From positions 545,414,001 through 545,478,000 of the forward strand of contig NC_067400.1 of NCBI RefSeq assembly GCF_016432865.1: a stretch of DNA of 64,000 bases, in the 5' to 3' direction. The stretch comes from Antechinus flavipes. Its lineage: Eukaryota. Shown in pieces: positions 12,902 through 25,559 of the stretch (position 1 is its first letter; every line of letters starts with the position of its first letter). Below the pieces are notes generated by a model. That model was not told the DNA's origin. It did not search any database and saw only the letters and a list, made by a program, of their open reading frames with translations. The position numbers and the translations under genes were made by a program.

Positions 12902-13415
12902 CAAAATCATTCTGTACAGACTTCTATTTATCAGTTCTTGGACTGGATACAGAAAACATTTTCCTTCATATGTCCTTTGTGGTTAATTTGGATATTTATA
13001 ATTGTCAAGATTCCTTAGTTATTCAAAGTCATTCTCATAACAATATTACTGTTTACTGTATACAACATTCTCTTGGTTCTGCTTATTTCACTTTTCATTA
13101 TTTTGTACAAATCTATTCATGTTTTTCTAAGATCACTGAGCTCATCATTTCTTACTGCACAATAGAATTCTATTATAATCACATATCACAACTTGCTTAG
13201 CCAACTAACAGGTTTCTTCACAACTTCCAGTTCTTTGCCACCACAAAGAGAGCTGCTATAAATATTTTAGAATATAGAATATATAGGTTATTTTCTTTTT
13301 TTCTTAATCATCTTTGGAAATAGGTCTAATAGGGGTATGGCTAGATCAGAGTACAAGCAGTTTAATAAGTCTAATTCCAGATTGCTCTCCAAAATGGCTG
13401 AATCAGTTCACAATT
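12665..13415 (-). mobile_element. Old L1 3' portion
   Basis: Antisense tail 'ttttttaaatttattttt...aactgcaaatctattatgtacaacttg' and ORF2-end antisense 'gccaccacaaagagagctgctataaatatt'. Confidence 0.85.
12867..12898. repeat. (GT)16 microsatellite
   Basis: Direct reading. Confidence 0.95.
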
Positions 13416-13419
13416 CCAG

Positions 13420-13995
13420 GGGGAAAACTTATGGGAGTATCATAGCCACATGTCAAAACTCACAGATTAAGGAGAAAATTTTGCAAGCAATAAGGGGAAA
13501 AAAATTAAATACTTCAAGATACAATCAGGATTTCACAAGATTTAGCATATTGCATTCTAAAAGACTATAGATCTTAGAATATTATATTTTGAAGAGCAAA
13601 AAAGCTGGTGTTGTGAGCAAGAATAATTTGATGTTGCATATGATCCTGAGGGGGTCTGGGGGAACAGACATTTAATGAACTGAATGACTTTCAGATAATT
13701 GTAATAAAAAGACCAGAACTCAATGGAAAATTCAACATCCATCTGCTTCTAAAAAAAAAGAATTAATATTGTTTGAATACAGACTGAAAGCATGCTATTT
13801 TTTACTTCCTTTTATTCTTTTTCTTTTGCACAAAATTACTAATATGGAAATGTTTTACATGATTGTACATTTATAATCTATATCTGATTATTTGCTGTCT
13901 CGGGGAACAGGTTGGGGAGGAAAGAAGAGAATCTGGAACTCAAAACTTTAAAAACAATGTAAAAAATTACTTTAACATATAGTTGGAAAATAAGA
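13420..13995 (+). mobile_element. L1 ORF1 C-terminal remnant joined directly to an L1 3' UTR
   Basis: Decayed translation IIATCQNSQIKEKILQAIRGK...TFNELNDFQIIVIKRPELNGKFNIH, followed at about 13740 by 3' UTR sequence. Confidence 0.8.
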
Positions 13996-14149
13996 TTTCT
14001 ATGAAAAAAGATTACATGGCTTCTTTTAAACATAATTAAACTATATCTATTGCTATCTATTTAATCTATTGAATCTATCTGTTTAACCTGTGAAAAATAT
14101 CTATTGAAGCTAGTGTTACAATAGAAAAAACATTGATAATATGTAAATG

Positions 14150-14830
14150 AAAATACCTTCACAGGATAGGAAAAGTATCAGAATGGTAAGAGGTCAAGGG
14201 TTTATACCATATGAAAGCAAGTTGAAAGAACTGGGGATGTTTAGCCCAGAAAAGAGAAGAATTAGAATAGGTATGTATTTGAAGGGCCATCATTTGAAGA
14301 TAACAATTAGATTTGTCCTGCTATATCCCAGAGAGGAAAAATTGGGGAAAATGGATATTTAATAGATTAGGTCTAATTCAGGCTGGATTCCTGATCATTT
14401 AGGTCTGAAATTAGAATGAAACATGTCATTTGTAATCCACATAAAACCAAAGGAAATTTTGTTATTTAGTCATATCAGTGGAAGGATGTTTAGAATAGGG
14501 AAAAGATTGACGTGTATAATAAAGTCTTGAGAAAAACTTCCAAGTTTTGCTGGTCTGTGGTCTGAAGCCTCAGGGAGGGGCTCCAAACATACTATTATGT
14601 CCTTACCTAGATGACCTGAGTCACTAACACCACAAGGACAATTTTAAGGCTTTTTTAAAAAAAAAGTGGTCCAATTTGGGGAAGGTAGTTAAAATGGTGC
14701 TCTCCTCCCCACTGGGTAGAAGTTGCAAAGAAATAAATTTAGGCTTGATTTCACAGGAAAATTTCCTAGCAAATAGAGCTGTCCAAAAGTGAAATGAGAT
14801 GTATTAAACCTTCAAGGTTTTTAAGCAAAG
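14150..14830 (+). mobile_element. L3/CR1 3' fragments
   Basis: ORF 14147-14362 contains RMVRG...PYESKLKELGMFSPEKRR (CR1 ORF2 C-terminus). Confidence 0.8.
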
Positions 14831-15760
14831 ATTGAATTGCATTGAGGGAAGGAAAGTATAAGAATACTAGAAAATAGAAAAAGAGGGCTCAAGTTGTGAA
14901 GGACATTAAATGCTAAATTGAGGAATATATATTTGATTCTAGAGGTAAGAAGGAGCCACTGGAATTTATTATGTAAAAGGTCATCATGGACAGACCTCAT
15001 CATGACAAAGAAGTGGAAGATGGAATGGTAGAAGAGACTTGAGTCAGGGATAGCTGGATTATGTCATAGACCAGATGAGATGATGGAACCTGTACTAGTT
15101 TAGGGGCTGTGTGAGTGATGGGAAGGAGGAATGTTCAAGAGATGTTATAAAGGCAGAGATAGCAGAACTTCACAAGTGATTGGATATAGAGGGCAAGAGG
15201 GAATGAGGGATAAAGGATGACAGGAGGTGAAAGGCTGAGTGACTACAAGCTTTGATAGTAACAGAAAAACTGGAAAGAAGGAAGAATTTGAAGAAAAAGA
15301 TAAAGTATTCTGTTTTGAACATGTCAGGTTTAAGAAGTCTATACAATATCCATTTTGAGATATCCAAAAGGTATTTGGGATTGAGAAAACCAAAGGCTGG
15401 AGATATAGCTCTGGGAATCATTTGCATGGAGACAATAATTGAACCTATAGGAGCTGATGAGATTACTAAATATAAAGGGAGAAGAAATCCAGTTTAAAGC
15501 CATAAGAAATACCTGATGAATGGGAATGAGATGGAGCAGGCTGACAGGTAGGAAGAAAACCAGTAAAGAAAATCTAGAGAAAAAAAGGAGGAAGGTTAGT
15601 AGTGACAAAGGCTATAGAGATTGTAGGGATTATTATGTTCAGACACAGATTGAATTAGATCAATCAATCAATAATCATTTAACTTTCTACTATGTGCTAC
15701 ACATTGTGACAGGTGTTTCAAATACATAACAACACAATCCTCAAAGAGTTTATATTTTAT
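14830..15760 (-). mobile_element. L2 fragments
   Basis: 'gaatatatatttgattctagaggtaagaaggagccactggaattt', 'ctggagatatagctctgggaatcatttgcatggaga', and a 3' end at about 15660. Confidence 0.8.
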
Positions 15761-15849
15761 CAACCTAAACGGTAGGGATGCATATGTAAGGCACATATTT
15801 CTGATCCAATTGACTAAAACCTTGTAGAGTATCTCCTAGATAGTACTTT

Positions 15850-16298
15850 TGTAATGCTGGAGAAACTGAGCAAGACAGAGATTAGAGAACAATTTGATAG
15901 TTTATTATATGGAGAGATTTACTGGGAACAAATGATCCATGGTTGGTCCCAGGGCTGAAGGAGACTATGGGCTCAAAGAATCCAGTCCTGAGTATCAGAC
16001 AGCAAGGCTCTTTTATAGGATAACAAGAACAATGACATAATGGGAGAGGTACCTGGATGGGGATAACCTAATGGGGGGAGGCACGTGGGATGACATAATG
16101 GAGGGAGGTACTGGAGAGGTTACTGATATTCCAATGCTGTCTAAAATGGATAGACCTTTAAATGATTATGGCCTAAAGATATAAAACCTTTATCTCATCA
16201 AACATTAAGAGGGAAAGATTATAACCTGAGGCAGAGTAAAAGAATAGGACAATTAGAGAAACTGGGTCAGGACATTAAAAGGGAACTGTGGCACAACA
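15850..16298 (-). mobile_element. Solo LTR (family A, copy 1)
   Basis: TG...CA termini, 4-bp TSD cttt (15846-15849, 16299-16302), AATAAA on the minus strand near 15901; aligns end to end with 57275-57738. Confidence 0.9.
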
Positions 16299-17474
16299 CT
16301 TTACCAGTGTTAGTGTTGTTTTATTGCTAAAGTCAACCCCCTTCTAAAAATTCTATTGGCCAACTCTAAGATTGTGATTCTATAGGAAAAATGTATTCTG
16401 TGTTTGATCTAGGGAATTTAGTAAAATATCTCTCTTATCTCGAAGTAATAAAGGCTTTCCATTCTTTAGAATGGATAGTATTAGCAAGAACTCCATAGAT
16501 CCAATAGCAGTCACGTTGAGGTCCTTCTCACCATGGGAAAGTCTGGTACTGAAGCCAGAATTCCCATTGGAGCCTTGTCTGTGGAGTTCTGACTTTCATA
16601 CATAAACGCTTTGTTGTATGGAGAGTTGTTCTGCAATAGTAATAAGATTTTTCATCATCATTATTATATAGTTAGATATACTCAATTGCAAATTCTTGGA
16701 CCTCAACCTCAAAGCCCCCAACTTAGAAAAAAAAAATAGATACCCATTCATTGATTAGGGGAATGGCAAAACAAATTAAGGTTCACTAATGTAAAGAACT
16801 CTTATTGTGCTGGAAGAATTGATGAACATAATGAAAATAGAATCAAGGAAAGACTTAAAAGAACTGATGCAAAGTAAAGTAAACAGAGTCAGGAAAACAA
16901 TATGCACTACTGTGTTTGAGAGACATAATTTCTGGGTAATTACTCATTTTATTAATAATGCTAGCATTAGTAGCACTCTCAAATTCCAAAGACCTTCATG
17001 GTAGGAGACTCATAGTTTATATGCCCTTGGAAGAGGAAAGGATGAATATTACAATGAGGGGCTAGACTTAATCTAATAAACTTTGATTATGTCATTTATT
17101 TCTAAATTACCTAGCTTGAGGCCATCTATTCAAAACTGAATAGAAGGTTGGATGGGAGTGACCAAGAGTGAAGAAGTTAATTCAGTTTTGTTATCAGTAA
17201 TGTCTTTCGAAAGATTAGACTTTGAAATGAAGACTATAGAAAAAAGGGGAAACTCTGAATCTCCCTAAATCATTGGTTATTAATAATCATTTCTCTCAAT
17301 ACAGCATTATAAAAGTAAATAAGGACAATCACAAAGCTGTCTAAAAATCAATGTTCTGAAATTGTCAAGAATAAGTGACTCCAAATAAGAAAGAGCTTTG
17401 CTGAAGTAAAAATGGGGATAGGGATATGGTAGGGAAAGAATCAGTCCACAGGTATGGAACTTTGCTTTTAACAT

Positions 17475-18026
17475 TGATGAGGTCTAGATTTGGGGTACCT
17501 AAGTGAAATTAGGGTTTAGTTGAGGTCTAGTAGCAGGTTTGGGGTACAGGGAGTCAAATAGAGCTCCCCCTGCAACCCCATTGATTTGGCACAAGGATAC
17601 GGGCGGTAAATGAGGTCTAGTAGCAGCACGAGTTCCCAATAAAAGCATTTATCTGCCCAAAAAGCTAGATTGATAAAACAGGTTTATTACAGGGTTTCGA
17701 AGTAAGAAAATAGTTGGAGGTAGAAATAAGAAGGGCACTGGACAGAGGGTCCAGTGGACAGAAAGTCCTGACATGCCAGGTGTAAGGCTGCCATGTTTGG
17801 AACCTCTGCAAAGAGAGAGTCCCAGCGTGGCCCTTTTACAATGGGAGATTTAGCTGGAGGGGCCTGTGGATGTAGCCCCAAAGTTGGCTCACATCCGGTT
17901 GGGGATGGGACAGCCCAGGATCTTCTATTGGAATTCAAAGGAACCAGGATTTGTGAATAATTACATTAACTAGGAGGGGCTGGGAATCAGAAAGAAAAGA
18001 ATCTTAAAGGGAACACACCCGCAACA
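17475..18026 (-). mobile_element. Solo LTR (family B)
   Basis: TG...CA termini, flanks acat/acct (4-bp TSD with one mismatch), minus-strand AATAAA at about 17683. Confidence 0.8.
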
Positions 18027-18789
18027 ACCTCAGATTTTTTAATATAGTGATCATTTTTGCTTCTTTTTTTTTTTTTATCCTTTGTTATAAAATAGTGATG
18101 TTTTGGAGATAGAAAAACAGAAGAAAATCTAGGAGATAGAAAAATAAAAGCCCACAATAAAACCATTAAAAATAGATTATGGTATATACATTTAAATAAG
18201 TGTTGGGTCATTTAATAATAACAAATAGGAATCATTTAGTTCAGCCCTATGTTACATAGAAAAAACCCAAGTCCTTTGGGCCTTGAAATTGTACCTTGAA
18301 TTTAGTCATTTATACAGAAAAAAATCCTGCCTGGAATTTTTTTTTTTTTTAATAATTCTGATTCTAAGTCCTTGGGGGAAAAGGCCAAATACTTTTGTCT
18401 TATGGGACTTTTAAAAATCTAATTTTAATGGCTTTACAAAGCAAAAGGAATACAAGCAATGGAACACCTCACATCACCCATTAATATATTTTCAAGACTT
18501 GTTTGAAAGAGTGATGAACTCTGGCAAAGAAGGACTTAGAACAAAGCAAGAGACAGCCTGCTGCCTTTGGTGGATTACAAATCTTAAACCCATCTACTGC
18601 AAAAAAGAAAGGACATTAGATTCCAAAGGAGATAATAAGGATTCCAGTTTGTTGCTGATTTTGATTCTCCCAAAGGTTGTACTTTTCCATGCAAAGAAAT
18701 CTCCCACAAATAGCTAGACAATAATTCCCCAAATACTTTTGTTATGAACCTCATAGGAGGCATAATTTTAAAGATTCATTAGACCAGTA

Positions 18790-19150
18790 AGTCCTTGCTG
18801 TTCCTGTTATATTGACCTCTCAAATATTTTCCCACTGTTCTCAAGGACTTTTGCACCTGGATTACCTTTTTCCTGTCTATTTCATCCCCATCTCATTATT
18901 ATCCCCAAAGTCAATATCCACAGAGATAATCTTTCCCATATCTTAGTCTCACAGTTCCTTAATTTCCTCAGCTTCCTTGACTTTTATGTTTGCTCTCCCT
19001 TCCCCATAGGATAATTACATCTTAGACTTTACCAGCACTTGAAGTCGATCTGTTTCTGAAGTATTGAATTATCAAATTCACCTTGCTAACCACAACAACC
19101 TTTCTTTCCATCTCTTCCATTTTTTATCTGGGTCTCTGAATCATGTCCCC
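18790..19150 (+). mobile_element. Probable L2 endonuclease-region fragment
   Basis: Pyrimidine-rich decayed sequence resembling the L2 endonuclease region seen at 47.2-47.9 kb. Confidence 0.4.
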
Positions 19151-19689
19151 AAGGTGTACTCTTAGAAAATTATCTTATTGAAGAAGCAAACTTGACTGTT
19201 TAAAAAATGCTGTACCAGATAACTGAGCTCTCAGCCACATAGGGAGCTAGCAAGTGTTCTACAGAACTTAAGATTCCTACAAAAGGGACATGCACACGCA
19301 CAACTTATTCTTCCATTTTCTTCTCTGTTGGACATTATAGTGAGAAAGAGATACAGCCATACTATCTTCCTGCTGCTCCTCTATCTCCAAGCTAGCCACT
19401 AATTTAGGAACAAAGAAATGTTGAAGCATTCGCCCTCCTGGAAAAGATAGTCTACCTGCATTAGAATGAATCTTGCAACAAATTTGATCTAGCTAAGAAC
19501 TGGAGGGTTATACTGCAAGCATGTACTCTTGTAAAACTGGACAACTTCATCACCTTCTGGTTGGACCATCATGCAGAATGCAATTATATATATATATATA
19601 ATTTTTTTAAAAAACTTTTTTATATCCCTATTTTTTGCTTCCAGAACTCTGATAAACTGCTGGATTCTGGAGTATAGCAACTAGCTCTA

Positions 19690-19980
19690 GCAGCAACAAA
19701 TAGTTAGGTAGTGCAGTAAATAGACCTCCTGGATCTTGAGTCAAGATAAATGTTGGTTCAAATCTGGCCTCAGATACGTCTACTTTAGTTATCTCAACTG
19801 TAAAATAAGCCTAACAATAGTACCTACCTGAGCAAGCAACTTAGGCTCTGTTTGCCAGTTTCCTCAACTATAAAATGGGAATCTTAATAGTACTCACCTC
19901 ACAGGATTGTTATGAGGATCAAATGAGATATTTGTAGCACAGTACTTAGCACATAGTGGGCATTTAATAAATGCTTGCTT
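19690..19980 (+). mobile_element. MIR (compound)
   Basis: 'tttcctcaactataaaatggg...ggattgttatgaggatcaaatgagata...gcacatagtggggcatttaataaatgc'. Confidence 0.85.
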
Positions 19981-19984
19981 TTTC

Positions 19985-20805
19985 CCTTCTTTTCTGCACA
20001 ATATTTTTTATTTTTTAAAAATTTATTTTATTGTTTAGTGTTCTCTTTTTGCCAGTTACATGTACAATTTTTAATATTTGTTTTTAAAATTTTGAGTTCC
20101 AGAGTCTCTCCCTTATTCTCTTCCTGCCACATATTGCTCATTGAAAAAGCACATGTGAAGTGATGTAAAATATTTCCATAAAAGTCATTTATGAAAAAAA
20201 AAAACATAGACTTCTGCCCCCCCCCAAAATAAAACTTTGAGAAAAAAATAAAATTAAAAAAATATATATGTTCAATCTGTATTCAGACACAATCAGTTCT
20301 TTTTCTGGATGTGGATAGAATTTTTCATCCTAAGTCCTTCAGAGTTGTCTTGGATCATTGCACTGCTGAGAAAAGCAGAGTCATTCACAACTGATCATCT
20401 AACAATATTGTTGTTACTTTGTACTTAGTACACTTCACTTTGCATAAGCTCATGGAAATCTTTCCAGGTTTTTCTGAGAGTTTTCTGCTCATCATTTCTT
20501 TTAGCATAATAATATTCCATCATAATCACATACCACAATTTGTTCAGCCATTCCACAATTTGTGTATCCCCTCAATTTCCAATTCTTTGCCCTGAGAAAA
20601 GAGCTGCTAGAAATTTTTTTGTACATATAGGTCCTTTTCCTTTCTCTTTGTGGTTTGTTTTTAATCTTTTTTTTTTTTTTGAGATATATGTCTAATAGTG
20701 TATTTCTAGGTTAAAGGGCATGCATGGTTTTATAACCCTTTGGGATTAGATCCAAATTGCTTTACAGAATAGTTGAATCAGTTCATAACTCCAACAGTCT
20801 GCACA
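19985..20805 (-). mobile_element. L1 3' portion
   Basis: Antisense 3' UTR and ORF2 end: 'ccacaatttgttcagccattcc...ccctcaatttccaattctttgcc'. Confidence 0.85.
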
Positions 20806-21214
20806 ATTTCTCCACCAGAGGCAGAAGATTGCATTTAAAAGTCTTATCACCTGGAAATATATCTTCCTTTTTGCAAACATGATCCCTGGATTGTTATGCT
20901 CCGATGAGAAGACTTATTTGGGGTCTCTCCCTTTCCTCTTCGGCTCCGGATGATAAAATAGATTTTTGGGTCATAGACACACTATTTTGCGCCAGATTTA
21001 GGAAAGAACCAATCAAAGTAAGTATGGTGCTTCTGGAGTCATTGCAGGACAAACACAATTCCTTAGGGAGGCCATTTTAACCATACTCTGTTAGGTATGT
21101 CTTACAGTCATACTGATATCATTCCTGCCAAGTACTCTAGGTTATTTTATGCTCTGTCTCTCTCACTCATAAGACCTCAGAAACCTGCTTTTCAATTAAA
21201 GACTTTCATCACAG

Positions 21215-21572
21215 AAGAAAGCCATATACACCCAAAGAGAGTCTGTGGGAACTGAGTGTAGACCACAACATAGCATTTTCACACTTTCTGTTGATGTTTA
21301 CTTGCATTTTATTTTCCTTCTGAAGTTTTTTTTTTTCCTTTCTAGATCCGATTTTTCTTGTGCAGCAAAATAACTGTATAAATATGTAAACATATATTGG
21401 ATTTAACATATACGTTAACATATTTAACATGTATGGGACTACCTGCCATCTAGGGAAGGGGATAGGGGGAAGGAAGGGAAAATTTGGAACAGAAGGTTTT
21501 GCAAGGGTCAATGTTGAAAAATTACCCATGCATAGATTTTGTAAATAAAAAGCTTTAATTAAAAAAAAAAAA
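21215..21572 (+). mobile_element. Young, heavily 5'-truncated L1
   Basis: Poly-A tail; perfect 17-bp TSD aaagactttcatcacag (21198-21214, 21573-21589). Confidence 0.95.
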
Positions 21573-21594
21573 AAAGACTTTCATCACAGTCAAG

Positions 21595-21730
21595 TCAACA
21601 AGCATAATTAAGTACCTACTATGTGCCATGTACTACTGGAGATACAAAGAAAGGAAAACAAAAACAAAGAAGCAAACAAATAAAACCCAATAGTACCTTG
21701 CTTCAATGTGTTCACAGTCACCTAGGCTAT
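21595..21730 (-). mobile_element. L2 3' end
   Basis: 'gtcaacaagcataattaagtacctactatgtgcca...ctggagatacaaagaaagg'. Confidence 0.75.
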
Positions 21731-22418
21731 CATAGTATCCACCATGCTTCCATCTCTAACCAGTGGGGTCATTAGGAACCTAAAATATGGACCAATCACC
21801 TGTTTCACTTACCAGCACCAAATTCCCTTACAACCCCTGTCTTTACCTTTATATTCATTGTTTCTCTAATCCCAGTATTTTAAGACTTCAAACTCAATCT
21901 CATTCAATGGTATAGAATGCTTGTTCTATCTCTCCCACACGTTTACTTCTTTTATTCCACACTCATACGCGAATAGCCAAAGCCTCAAACTCTAGACATT
22001 TTCTAATTACTTATTTCCCATGCTCTTCTTCTTTCTTACAATCTCATTTACATGACTATTCTTCATGCCAACTGAAACATTTTGACCTAAATATAAGATC
22101 TTGATCTACACTCCTATATTCATTATACTTTGAGAAAATTCCTGCCCCTGCCTCTCAACATCACTGGATCTCTCCTAATGTTTTAAATATCTATCTGTGT
22201 GCTCCTGCTGCCAGCCATCTGTAAGCAACTAATTACCCTTTGTCCATTTTTTTGGTCTCTATCAACTCCCACAAATTAGGAGGCTGGGATGGTTTCCTAC
22301 CACAACAGTCTTCCAGGGGTCTTCCTTTAGCTCTAATGATCTTTCTCTAGAGTGGCAGTGATGTGGTTTGAGTGGTCTCACTTCCTGGTGGTCAAGAGGT
22401 TAGTGGCAATAAGAGAAT

Positions 22419-23402
22419 TGTTAAGAATCCCTTTTAAATTGGCCGCAGGTTTAGAGTGAAAGAATTCACTCATTCCTGAATTATTAGTTGCAAAATGAAA
22501 GTTTGTTGTTGGATAGAAATCAGTTTATTAAGAGACTGACTTGTGTAGTGACAGATCTATGGGAAAATGGAGTTTTGCACTGAGAGAATGCTTTCGCATA
22601 GGCAGAAAGGTCCTGACAGTTGAGTGAGCTACCTAGGTCCATCTGCAAAGACCTTAGTTGAAGGAAGCTGTTATATTGGGTATCTTGGTGGGGGGCTGGG
22701 ACAGCCCAAGCAGATCACAGTGACAAGGATCAGACCAGATGGGGGCTGGGACAGCCTGAATCTCCTGTTGGAATTAACAACATTCAAAGAAGTGCTTTTT
22801 GACCAGGATTTCTTTTCTTTTTGAGAAACTATTATTATTATTATTTTTTATTTATATAGCTTTCAATTTACAAGATATATGCATGGGTAATTTTTTTTCA
22901 GGATTGACAATTGCCAAGCATTGTGTTCCAATTTTTCCCCTCTTTGCCCCCATTCTCTCCCCCAGGTGGCAGGTAGACCAATATATGTTAAATATGTTAA
23001 CATATATGTTAAATACAATGTATGTATACATGTCCAAACAGTTATTTGCTGCACAAGAAAAATCGGACTTTGAAATAATGTACAATTAACCTGTGAAGGA
23101 AATAAAAAATGCAGGCGGACCAAAACAGAGGAATTGGAAATGCTATGTAGTGATTCACACTCGTTTCCCAGAGTTTTTTCGCTGGGTATAGCTAGTTCTA
23201 TTCATTAATGAACAAATGAAACTGATTTGGTTTATCTTATTGTTGAAGAGGGCCACTTGACCAGGATTTCTAATTGAATCGAAGGCCCTGGCATCCTAGA
23301 AAGATAACTTGTCTAGGGAGGATATGCCCAGGAAGAATCTGAAAGGGATCACAGATCAAAAGGAAATACAATTTCTTAAAGGGACCACAACCTGTTTCAA
23401 CA
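22419..23402 (-). mobile_element. LTR related to family B, split by an L1 insertion
   Basis: TG...CA termini; shares 'gggacagccc', 'ttggaatt' and terminal 'cttaaaggga...caaca' with 17475-18026; no clean LTR TSD. Confidence 0.75.
22814..23256 (-). mobile_element. Truncated L1 nested in the LTR
   Basis: Perfect 15-bp TSD ttgaccaggatttct (22799-22813, 23257-23271); antisense L1 3' UTR. Confidence 0.95.
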
Positions 23403-24269
23403 GCACTCAAGTTTATGACCTTTGTTTCAAGAAATATAATTCTAAGAGACCCCAGGATTAATCAGGCTTTGTGTCCATTTAGTCTGCTCTGAACCCTGAT
23501 CTGTCCCAGGCAAACTAGGTGAACATTCTTTGCATATAACATGAAAGGAACCATATTCTGTGCTTGTTGGTGGTAGTCTTTCTCATCTTGGATAGTTGGA
23601 AGGTCCAACCACAGTGAATTTGCTATGGCCCTATTATGGGCCATTGAAGATTTTTAATGAATCTCTTGTCTAGTATGAGGGTTTTTCAGGTCCTATCCTG
23701 GCACATTAGCCAGGTGAGGATTATTACAATGGGTATATTGACATGACAAGTCTCATTGTGTTTCACCCCTTGAGGAATTACAATCTCTGACTGACTCCCA
23801 ACTAAATATTCTTTTTTTTTGCCTTGAGTCTGCCCCTACTTCCTGTCCTTTAGATGGTCATTCAGTTGTGTAGAGATATCAAATAAGGCTATTATATCTC
23901 TAGGAACTGCCTTGACCACCACTTGTTCTCAGGCCCAGATGGAAACAGTCCAGGAGCCTGAGCCTGAGAGCCCCCTCAATAACAGCTCCCTGCCTACCCC
24001 AGACCATAAATCCTGCTCAGTCTCCAAGTCATCCTCCAGGGAACCAATTCTTGAGGAACTGCCTCTACTTTGTCAGATGCTTTAGCCCCAGATTATTCAT
24101 CAGTCACAGCTAGGGAAATCTCAGGGATCAAAGTTCCCAAAGTTCTTAGCACAATCAAATGGTTCAACATCAGAACTGGATAGGGCTTTATCAATGGTGT
24201 TAACTTTAAAGAAGATACATTACTATCTGCTTTGTGGAAGTACCTTTTACACACTGAGGAACACAAGGC

Positions 24270-24445
24270 CTTTCCACTGACCTGCTATTGAAATCTATGA
24301 GTTTTGTTCCCCATTAGAAATTAAACTCCTTGACAGCAGGAATTGTCTATTTTTTCTTTTTCCATTTACATCCTCAATGCTTAGCATAATGCTTGGGGGG
24401 GAAAGCAATGCTCAATAAATACACATTTATTCATTCATTCATTGC
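24270..24445 (+). mobile_element. L2 3' end
   Basis: 'aaactccttgacagcagg...gcttagcataatgc...aataaatacacatttattcattcattcatt'. Confidence 0.75.
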
Positions 24446-24889
24446 CCAGTTATTCTTTCAAGAGCTTACTGAAGCCCTTTCTAAACATCTCTGACTGATA
24501 CTACCTCCTGAGCCCATTTGGTGGAACTCATTGATGTAGTCTTATGATGAGCAGTTTCCCTGTTGGATTCCCAGTGTGGCTATAACTATATCTGCTTGTA
24601 ATGGAGATACTTCCCTAAAATGGGCAAGACTTCTGCCTTGAACTGCTGATTGCACCTCAGCAGGAAATTTCATTTCTTTATCAAATAAGCTGATTATCAG
24701 AAGGAGGGCCACTCCTCCTAATTTACTTATTACTAGTGCCTGATTTGCCAGAAAAACACAAAACTTTTAAAAATACAATTCTAGTTTCTGGAGATGATGA
24801 AAGACTAGTGTTTATTCTCCTGATTCTTTAAAGATGGATTGGGATCTTATATAGAGAATCAGGAAGGGCTGTTGCACTCTATCATCCCT

Positions 24890-25015
24890 AATACTTAAAG
24901 GCAGGAGCAGGGGTCTTGTTTCATCTTTGTTTCCCTAGTACCTGGTTTCTCGCACATGACAAGACATTGAATACAGTAGGTGCTTAGTAAATGCTTGTTG
25001 CTTACTGAATTTCAT
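24890..25015 (+). mobile_element. L2 3' end
   Basis: 'gcagggtcttgtttcatctttgtttccctagtacc...agtaggtgcttagtaaatgcttgttg'. Confidence 0.75.
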
Positions 25016-25559
25016 TCCAGTGAAAATGAACATGCTAAGGTTACCTTCTCAATGACTAAATTGAAAGCTAGGGAACTTCTTGACATAATCCAGGGGAACT
25101 CTCTAAATAATTATCTGGAATTTGGATTGGAGCTGGGATACATGTGCATCCTCTGTTTATTTAACTTTTTACTTGATAACATCACCACCATGTTTGTCCT
25201 CCTTTCAGTATGGTCTTTTGCCCAGAAGAAGCTAAAAGGTTACTGTCAGGTTTTCAGGTTCCTTCCACATACTTAGGCAGTTACCAGAATGACCTGTTTT
25301 TAAATCAACACACTAAGAGTGTAACTACACAATCCTGAATTAACTAGAACAGTTCAGTTGTTCTGTGTACATGATGCCAAAAGACTAGTTAAGCTTTATC
25401 ATCTAAGTTGTTTTGTTGATCTATTTTTAGTATGTGTATAAATATATATGTATATATAATAATAAGAAAAATAACAATAAGTAATTTTCTTCTCTGCTCC
25501 TTGAAAAGCCTAGATCTATTTTCAAAGATGAATAGGGAAAATGAAAAAAACCAATATGT

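Noticed and set aside
12730-13200. 156-aa ORF
   Set aside because: Lies on the opposite strand of an L1 3' region and reads through a (GT)n tract
12665-13995. Twin-primed (5'-inverted) L1
   Set aside because: Both halves carry their own 3' tail, so they are two head-to-head elements
24544-24650. Box C (TGATGA) and box D (CTGA) at snoRNA-like spacing
   Set aside because: No terminal stem and no recognisable guide sequence; these motifs are common by chance
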